Part shown: piece by piece, positions 58,063 through 64,000 of the stretch | Numbering within the stretch: position 1 is the first letter of the stretch | Layout of the letters: each line of letters starts with the position of its first letter | NCBI GenBank assembly: GCA_963823335.1 | Contig: CAWGLD010000007.1 | Location: 320,001 to 384,000, forward strand | Direction of reading: 5' to 3' | DNA length: 64,000 bases | From: an uncultured delta proteobacterium | GTDB taxonomy: Bacteria; Desulfobacterota; Desulfobacteria; Desulfobacterales; B30-G6 | Made by a program: the position numbers and the translations under genes | Notes under the pieces: generated by a model | What the model was told of the DNA's origin: nothing | Seen by the model: the letters and a program-made list of their open reading frames with translations, nothing else | Databases searched by the model: none

Positions 58063-60096
58063 GTGACAACCCATCCCCTTGCTGGTGATACCATGATGAT
58101 CGAACCGGACCAAAATCTCCCCGAACTGCCTGAGTTTGAAAGAGATATTCGCCGGGCCCCGGACCGCGGCTTTCGTCTGACACCCCAACAGGCTGAAATA
58201 TCGCTGAAAAATGCCCTGCGCTATATTCCCGTAAAATGGCACGAAACCCTGGCATCCGAATTTCTGAATGAGTTGATGACACGTGGGAGGATCTATGGTT
58301 ACCGGTATAGACCCGCAGGGCCCATCAAGGCCAGGCCGGTTCATTCCTACACAGGCAGATGTCTTGCCGGAAAAGCCTTCCAGGTGATGATCGACAACAA
58401 CCTTGATTTTGACGTCGCCCTCTATCCTTATGAACTGGTGACCTATGGAGAAACCGGGTCTGTCTGCCAGAACTGGATGCAGTATCGCCTGATAAAAAAA
58501 TATCTGGAAGTACTCACCGAGGACCAGACTCTGGTGGTGGCATCCGGTCATCCCCTGGGGCTTTTTCAATCAAGACCGACCAACCCCCGGGTCATCATTA
58601 CCAACGGATTGATGGTTGGCAGATATGACAACCTGGATGATTGGGAAATTGCCGCCCAGATGGGAGTGGCAAGTTACGGCCAGATGACGGCTGGAGGATG
58701 GATGTATATCGGTCCCCAGGGTATTGTGCATGGGACCTACAATACACTCCTGAACGCAGGTAGAATAAGATTCGGTCTGAGCAAGGAAGCCAATCTTGCC
58801 GGACGACTGTTTGTCTCTTCAGGCCTGGGGGGCATGAGCGGCGCTCAACCAAAAGCCGCAGAGATCGCCGGAGCCGTATCCATTATCGCCGAGGTTGATG
58901 GCTCCAGGATACTGACCCGGCACCAGCAGGGCTGGGTAAAACATGTCTCTGACGATCTGGAAGAAACCTTTGCCCTGGCGGCTCAGGCCACTCAGAAGGG
59001 GGAACCGCTCTCCATCGCTTTTGCCGGGAACATCGTCGATCTGCTGGAGTACGCGGTGGACCACAACATAAAAATCGACCTGCTTTCGGATCAGACGTCA
59101 TGCCATGTGGCCTATACCGGCGGGTACTGCCCCCAGGGCATCACCTTTGAAGAAAGAACCCGGCTCCTGGCAGAAAACAGAGGGACATTCTGTAAGCTTG
59201 TGGATAAAAGCCTCCGTCGCCACTTTGAATTGATCAAGATTCTCACGTCCAGGGGTGTCTATTTTTTTGATTACGGCAATGCGTTTCTAAAAGCGGTTTT
59301 CGACGCAGGCGTAACCGAAATTTCCAACAATGGCCTCGACGAAAAGGACGGGTTCATCTTTCCATCCTACTTTGAGGACATCATGGGACCCCATATTTTT
59401 GATTTCGGATACGGCCCGTTCCGCTGGGTCTGTTTGAGCGGTGATCATAATGACCTGGTAAAGACCGACAAGGCAGCCATGGACTGCATCGATCCCCTTC
59501 GCAGGTATCAGGACAGGGACAACTGGACCTGGATCAGGGATGCGGAAAAGTACCATCTCGTAGTGGGAACCCAGGCCAGGATCCTGTATCAGGACGCGGA
59601 AGGCAGAATCAGGATCGCACTGAAATTCAACGAGATGGTAAGAAAGGGAGACGTGGGCCCCATAATGATCGGCCGGGATCACCACGATCCCGGCGGGACG
59701 GATTCACCCTTCCGGGAAACAGCCAATATAAATGATGGCAGCAATGTGATGGCCGACATGGCCACCCACTGTTTTGGTGGAAACTGCGCCAGGGGTATGT
59801 CCATGGTCGCTCTGCACAACGGTGGCGGGACAGGGATAGGAAATGCCATAAACGGCGGGTTTGGCCTGGTGCTGGACGGCAGTCAGAGAGTGGACGACAC
59901 CATCCGGTCCGCTATTTCCTGGGATGTCATGGGCGGTGTGGCCAGACGGAACTGGGCCCGCAATACCAATGCCATGGAGGTCTGCCGAACCTTCAATGAG
60001 GCGAACAAGGGTGTGGGTCATGTCACCATTCCCTATCTGCCGGAAGAAAGCCTGGTTAAGGATATCGTGTCCAACGCTTTTAAGAAAAGGTCCTGA
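58063..60096 (+). CDS. hutU: Urocanate hydratase (long form)
   Basis: MIDNNLD..VA.YPYELVTYG, YGQMTAGGWMYIGPQGIVHGT, GLGGMSGAQ, SDQTSCH, GRDHHD, HNGGG. RBS AAGGAGG. Confidence 0.95.
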   Translation: MTTHPLAGDTMMIEPDQNLPELPEFERDIRRAPDRGFRLTPQQAEISLKNALRYIPVKWHETLASEFLNELMTRGRIYGYRYRPAGPIKARPVHSYTGRCLAGKAFQVMIDNNLDFDVALYPYELVTYGETGSVCQNWMQYRLIKKYLEVLTEDQTLVVASGHPLGLFQSRPTNPRVIITNGLMVGRYDNLDDWEIAAQMGVASYGQMTAGGWMYIGPQGIVHGTYNTLLNAGRIRFGLSKEANLAGRLFVSSGLGGMSGAQPKAAEIAGAVSIIAEVDGSRILTRHQQGWVKHVSDDLEETFALAAQATQKGEPLSIAFAGNIVDLLEYAVDHNIKIDLLSDQTSCHVAYTGGYCPQGITFEERTRLLAENRGTFCKLVDKSLRRHFELIKILTSRGVYFFDYGNAFLKAVFDAGVTEISNNGLDEKDGFIFPSYFEDIMGPHIFDFGYGPFRWVCLSGDHNDLVKTDKAAMDCIDPLRRYQDRDNWTWIRDAEKYHLVVGTQARILYQDAEGRIRIALKFNEMVRKGDVGPIMIGRDHHDPGGTDSPFRETANINDGSNVMADMATHCFGGNCARGMSMVALHNGGGTGIGNAINGGFGLVLDGSQRVDDTIRSAISWDVMGGVARRNWARNTNAMEVCRTFNEANKGVGHVTIPYLPEESLVKDIVSNAFKKRS

Positions 60097-60097
60097 A

Positions 60098-61663
60098 ATG
60101 CAATCCATTGTTATCGACAAGGAAAATTTGACCATTGAGGATGTGGTGGCCATCGCCCGAAAAGGTGTGCGGGTCGATGCCTCCAGCCAGGGCGTGCTGC
60201 GGGTCGAAAAAGCCCGTGAGCTGATCGCCAAATGGGTCAGTGAAAAAAAAGTGATCTATGGAATCACCACCGGGTTTGGCGCCTTGTGCAATGTTCCCAT
60301 TTCGGAATCCGACACCCGGTTGCTGCAGAATAAAATCATCATGAGCCACGCCTCGGGCGTGGGGTCACCCCTTCCCGAAGATGTTGTTCGGGCTGTAATG
60401 GCCGTCCGGCTGCATGACCTGTTCATGGGATACTCCGGCTGTTCAATCACGACCCTGCGGTACTTGATGGCCTTTCTCAACCAGGGGCTGACACCGGTCG
60501 TGCCTGAAAAGGGATCGGTGGGATCCAGCGGAGACCTGGCACCCATGGCTCACCTGGGTCTGGTTCTGTTAGGAAAAGGCGAGGCTTTTTATAAGGGCGA
60601 ACGCCTCAGCGGTGCCAGGGCACTGGAAAAGATCGGACTTTCCCCCATCAGCCTTGCAGCCGGGGAAGGTCTGGCCCTTATCAACGGTACCCAGGTAATG
60701 ACCGGCATCGCCACCCTGGTGGTTCACGATGCCATCCGCCTGGCAAAAATGGCTGACATCGCCTGCGCCATGAGCCTGGAAGTGCTCATGGGAAGCAATT
60801 CTGAATTCGACCCGCGAATTCATCAGATACGACCTCATCCGGGGCAGATTGCGTCAGCCGAAAATATGCTGCGACTGACCAGTGAAAGTGAAATCATTCT
60901 CTCCCACGAAGGATGCGCCCGTGTTCAGGATGCCTATACCCTGCGATGTTCGCCCCAGATTCACGGTGCCAGTAAGGATGCCGTCGTACATGCTCAAAAT
61001 GTTGTGAAGATTGAAATCAATGCATCCACCACCAACCCGTTGATCTTCACCGACACCCAGGAGATCCGCCTGGGAGGAAATTTTCACGGCCAGCCCATCG
61101 CCATGGCAGCCGATTACCTCTCCATGGGGATTGCCGAATTAGGGAATGTGTCCGAACGTCGCATCGAAAGGCTGGTCAACCCGCAATTGAGCGAACTGCC
61201 CGCCTTTCTGGTAAAAAACGGCGGACTCAATTCAGGATTCATGATAGCCCAGTACACGGCCGCCGCCCTGGTTTCCGAAAACAAAGTGCTGGCACATCCA
61301 GCTTGTGTGGACTCGATTCCCACTTCTGCGAACAAGGAAGACCATGTCAGCATGGGCACCATCGCTATTCGACAGTGCCGGGAAATTCTGGATAATGTAG
61401 AGCATGTTCTTGCCGTGGAGATGCTGTGCGCTGCTCAGGCCTATGATCTCCTGAATGAAAAGAACAAAATGATGGGAGGCAGGGGCACTCGGGTAGCCCA
61501 CCAGGTAATTCGAGAAACAATTTCCTATCTTGAAGAAGACCGGGAGCTGTTCATAGATATCGAAAAGATGGTGGCCCTGATCCGCTCAGGTAAAATAATA
61601 CACGCAGTGGAAAAGGCTGTGGGTAAGCTCGATCTGGTCAGCTTTGATAAACAGAGCTGCTGA
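60098..61663 (+). CDS. hutH: Histidine ammonia-lyase
   Basis: YGITTGFG, SHASG, GSVGSSGDLAP (MIO-forming tripeptide SSG), LINGTQ, QDAYTLRC, GGNFHG, EDHVSMG. Confidence 0.92.
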   Translation: MQSIVIDKENLTIEDVVAIARKGVRVDASSQGVLRVEKARELIAKWVSEKKVIYGITTGFGALCNVPISESDTRLLQNKIIMSHASGVGSPLPEDVVRAVMAVRLHDLFMGYSGCSITTLRYLMAFLNQGLTPVVPEKGSVGSSGDLAPMAHLGLVLLGKGEAFYKGERLSGARALEKIGLSPISLAAGEGLALINGTQVMTGIATLVVHDAIRLAKMADIACAMSLEVLMGSNSEFDPRIHQIRPHPGQIASAENMLRLTSESEIILSHEGCARVQDAYTLRCSPQIHGASKDAVVHAQNVVKIEINASTTNPLIFTDTQEIRLGGNFHGQPIAMAADYLSMGIAELGNVSERRIERLVNPQLSELPAFLVKNGGLNSGFMIAQYTAAALVSENKVLAHPACVDSIPTSANKEDHVSMGTIAIRQCREILDNVEHVLAVEMLCAAQAYDLLNEKNKMMGGRGTRVAHQVIRETISYLEEDRELFIDIEKMVALIRSGKIIHAVEKAVGKLDLVSFDKQSC

Positions 61664-61749
61664 AAAGTATAGTCTTGTGTATTGATAGCCGTTAGATTAT
61701 AGCGCTTTCTTTAAATCCGAATGTTCAAATGACAATAGAAGAGTGCTGA

Positions 61750-62241
61750 ATGAATGTTGTATTTGTTGAACTTGATCGGTGCATTGCCTGCTTGAGTTGT
61801 GAAAAGGCATGTCTGTTTCAACAGGCAGCCAGAAACACAGAGGCAAGCCCGAATATCTTTGTTCGCGTGGACCTGGACCGACGCCGGATTTATGCCGGCA
61901 CATGCCTGCAGTGTGAAACCGCTCTCTGCCTGGAAGTATGCCCGATCAAAGCCATAACACGAGATCCGGAAACGTCGGCCGTTATCGTCGATCAGAAGAT
62001 TTGTCTCGGGTGTGGTATGTGCGTATCGGCCTGCCCTTTTGGATACATGTACCTGGAAGACTCCTGCCAAAAGGCAACCAAATGCGACCTGTGCGGCGGT
62101 ACGCCGAAGTGCGTTCAGATGTGCATGGCCAGGGCCTTACATTTCGGCAGCATCAATTCTCTTGCCGAACGCAAACGTAAACAGACCGATTTGCGCCTGA
62201 GTCTTAGGGCCGTCCCAATCCATACGGGTGAAGAAAAATGA
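61750..62241 (+). CDS. 4Fe-4S dicluster electron-transfer subunit (DmsB/HydN-like)
   Basis: CIACLSCEKAC, CLQC...CLEVCP, CLGCGMCVSACP, KCDLC...CV..C. Confidence 0.9.
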   Translation: MNVVFVELDRCIACLSCEKACLFQQAARNTEASPNIFVRVDLDRRRIYAGTCLQCETALCLEVCPIKAITRDPETSAVIVDQKICLGCGMCVSACPFGYMYLEDSCQKATKCDLCGGTPKCVQMCMARALHFGSINSLAERKRKQTDLRLSLRAVPIHTGEEK

Positions 62242-64000
62242 CGGGCAGGACCTTTGTTGAAAACGCGGTCGTAAAAACCCTGTGCCGCATGTGCAGCAAC
62301 CGCTGCAGCATCGATGTACACGTCCAGGATGGCCGTATGGTTGAAATCACACCCGGGCAGGGAAACCCCTGCAACCAGGGCAGGATGTGCCCCCGGGGAG
62401 GTGCTGCGCTGGATATGTTTTATCACCCCGACCGTATCCGCACACCCTTGAAGAGACTTGACGACGGCTCATTTGTGAAAATCAGCCGCGAAACAGCCAT
62501 TGCTGAAATTGCCGAGAAGATGATGCAGATTAAGCATCGCTATGGTGCCCGGTCCATGGGGGTATGGAAAGGCGAGGCGATCGGTTTCCTTCAGCAGGAG
62601 GAGTATGCCCGCAGGTTTGCCCACGCATTCGGCACACCCAATTATTTTTCCAACGATTCTGCCTGTTACAATGGCCGATTTCTGGGGCACATGCTGGTAA
62701 ACGGTTTCTGGAATCCCTTTTCCTACTATGCCAAGGCGGACCTGATTCTGATTTTCGGCACCAACCCACCTGTGTGCCACCCGCCTTTCATGGCCGAATT
62801 TGCCGATGCCAAGGCAAACGGTGCCAATCTGGTGGTGATCGATCCGAGACTGAATCCCATTGCCTGCTACGCCGATGTTTTTGCCCAGCCCCTGCCGGGC
62901 ACCGATGGTGCCATAGCCTGGGGTCTGATTCGTTATATTGTCAAGGCCGGTGAATATGATCACGAGCTGATGGATCGCTACAGCATCGGATTTGAGGAAG
63001 TAGTCGCCTACGCGGAAAAATTCAGCCCTGATTATGTCGAAGAACAAACCGGTGTCTATGCCGATGTTGTGGTCAAAATCGCTCAACTGATTGTTGAGAA
63101 CCGTCCCAAGATCAGTTTTTATATGGGTGCCGGTCTGGAGCACCACGACAACGGCGTCGACAACATCCGTGCCCTGGTGATCCTGTCCTGCATTACGGGT
63201 GCCTTTGATATGGATTGCGGGCTTTACTGGCCCGACGACATGCCCAGGAACGCCTTGACTCTGTATGACGAACTGCCTCTGGAAAAGGAAAAACCCATCG
63301 GTGCCGACCGCTTCCCGGTGCTTTACGAGCTTCGCAAGGAGTGCCATTCCATGACCGCCATGGATTATATGCTCGGCAAGGGCGAGTATCCGTTGAAGGG
63401 ACTCATCGTCACCGCCGCCAATCCAGCCGTCACCAATCCCAACACCCGCAAGGTGGAAGCGGCCCTGGGATCTCTGGACCTCCTGGTGGTCAATGACCTG
63501 TTTCTGACGAAGACCGCCCGGCTGGCACATTATATCCTGCCCGCCGCCTCCTTTTTGGAACGTTCCGAAATCCACATCGACCCTAAATATCAACGTGTCT
63601 ATCTCACCAGCAAGGTGGCGGAAATTCCGGGAATAAAAGACGAATACATGCTCTGGCACGACCTGGCCCATGTCCTGGGCTTTGGTGAGCGCTACTTCCC
63701 GTGGGAAAACGAGACCCAGGTCAACCAGTTTATACTGGAGCCTTCCAATATCCGGCTCGAACAGCTGCAGGCCCATCCGGAAGGGATTCAGTATAAACCA
63801 CTGACGTTCCAGAAACATCTCTCGCGACCCCTGCCGACAGCCTCAGGAAAAATCGAACTGGCTTCCTCTTACTTAAAAAAGCTCGGTTTTTCAGCAATCC
63901 CCGAATACGTGCCGCCCTATCACCTGCGCGAGAAGTCAGAGGACTACCCTTTCATTCTCACCACAGGTGCACGCAAGACCCTGTTGTATCACTCCAGACA
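62238..64000 (+). CDS. Mo/W-bisPGD (DMSO reductase family) oxidoreductase, no Tat signal; 3' end beyond window
   Basis: Manual translation from ATG 62238 (ATGA overlap): KTLCRMCSNRC...MCPRG, HPDRIRTPLKR, NDSACY, GTNP, VIDPR, PGTDGA, DLFLTKTA..A.YILPAAS.LER, PTASGKIEL, ILTTGAR. Absent from the ORF track. Confidence 0.92.
   Translation, partial: MTGRTFVENAVVKTLCRMCSNRCSIDVHVQDGRMVEITPGQGNPCNQGRMCPRGGAALDMFYHPDRIRTPLKRLDDGSFVKISRETAIAEIAEKMMQIKHRYGARSMGVWKGEAIGFLQQEEYARRFAHAFGTPNYFSNDSACYNGRFLGHMLVNGFWNPFSYYAKADLILIFGTNPPVCHPPFMAEFADAKANGANLVVIDPRLNPIACYADVFAQPLPGTDGAIAWGLIRYIVKAGEYDHELMDRYSIGFEEVVAYAEKFSPDYVEEQTGVYADVVVKIAQLIVENRPKISFYMGAGLEHHDNGVDNIRALVILSCITGAFDMDCGLYWPDDMPRNALTLYDELPLEKEKPIGADRFPVLYELRKECHSMTAMDYMLGKGEYPLKGLIVTAANPAVTNPNTRKVEAALGSLDLLVVNDLFLTKTARLAHYILPAASFLERSEIHIDPKYQRVYLTSKVAEIPGIKDEYMLWHDLAHVLGFGERYFPWENETQVNQFILEPSNIRLEQLQAHPEGIQYKPLTFQKHLSRPLPTASGKIELASSYLKKLGFSAIPEYVPPYHLREKSEDYPFILTTGARKTLLYHSR

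Noticed and set aside
59861-60097. N-terminal extension of hutH
   Set aside because: Overlaps hutU; HAL homology starts at ATG 60098.
60098-61663. Ergothionase (MIO-independent trimethylammonia lyase)
   Set aside because: The xSG MIO motif and HAL-type residues are retained, so it is annotated as hutH.
62469-63818. 449-aa minus-strand ORF in the track
   Set aside because: Antisense shadow of the plus-strand molybdopterin oxidoreductase.

Overview
64-kb chromosomal window from an anaerobic sulfate-reducing deltaproteobacterium. The Desulfobacterales-like assignment is inferred from the tmcDCBA operon and overall gene content. Left part: yggT (partial), proC, ccdA plus a thioredoxin, class III ribonucleotide reductase nrdDG, prpE, and the Tmc complex with a response regulator. 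Middle: fadD-map, GntR-xsc-ackA-acyl-CoA dehydrogenase, an SPFH pair plus rhomboid, a DmpA-family peptidase with a Dpp/Opp ABC transporter, a transglutaminase-ABC triad, usp, NUDIX, wrbA, khpA, PilZ, a multiheme cytochrome lipoprotein and a B12-type radical SAM protein. The most interesting part is the right ~15 kb. There a HutC-type regulator with three TGTATATACA operators links hutU-hutH-ferredoxin-molybdopterin enzyme to a divergent corrinoid methyltransferase operon. That operon encodes a corrinoid protein, pyrrolysine-free MtmB and MttB homologues, a MetH reactivation domain, a GltD-like flavoprotein, and an MtaA/UroD-family MT2 whose conserved Cys codon is an in-frame TGA followed by a SECIS-like hairpin. 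This suggests anaerobic catabolism of methylated histidines (hercynine, ergothioneine or methylhistidine); the substrate is inferred, not shown. Second highlight: a stand-alone glycyl-radical-domain protein with NrdR-like boxes, while NrdD's own radical loop carries an R-to-Q change. Intergenic DNA holds several families of miniature mobile elements, some nested. No rRNA, tRNA, CRISPR array or intact transposase was seen.
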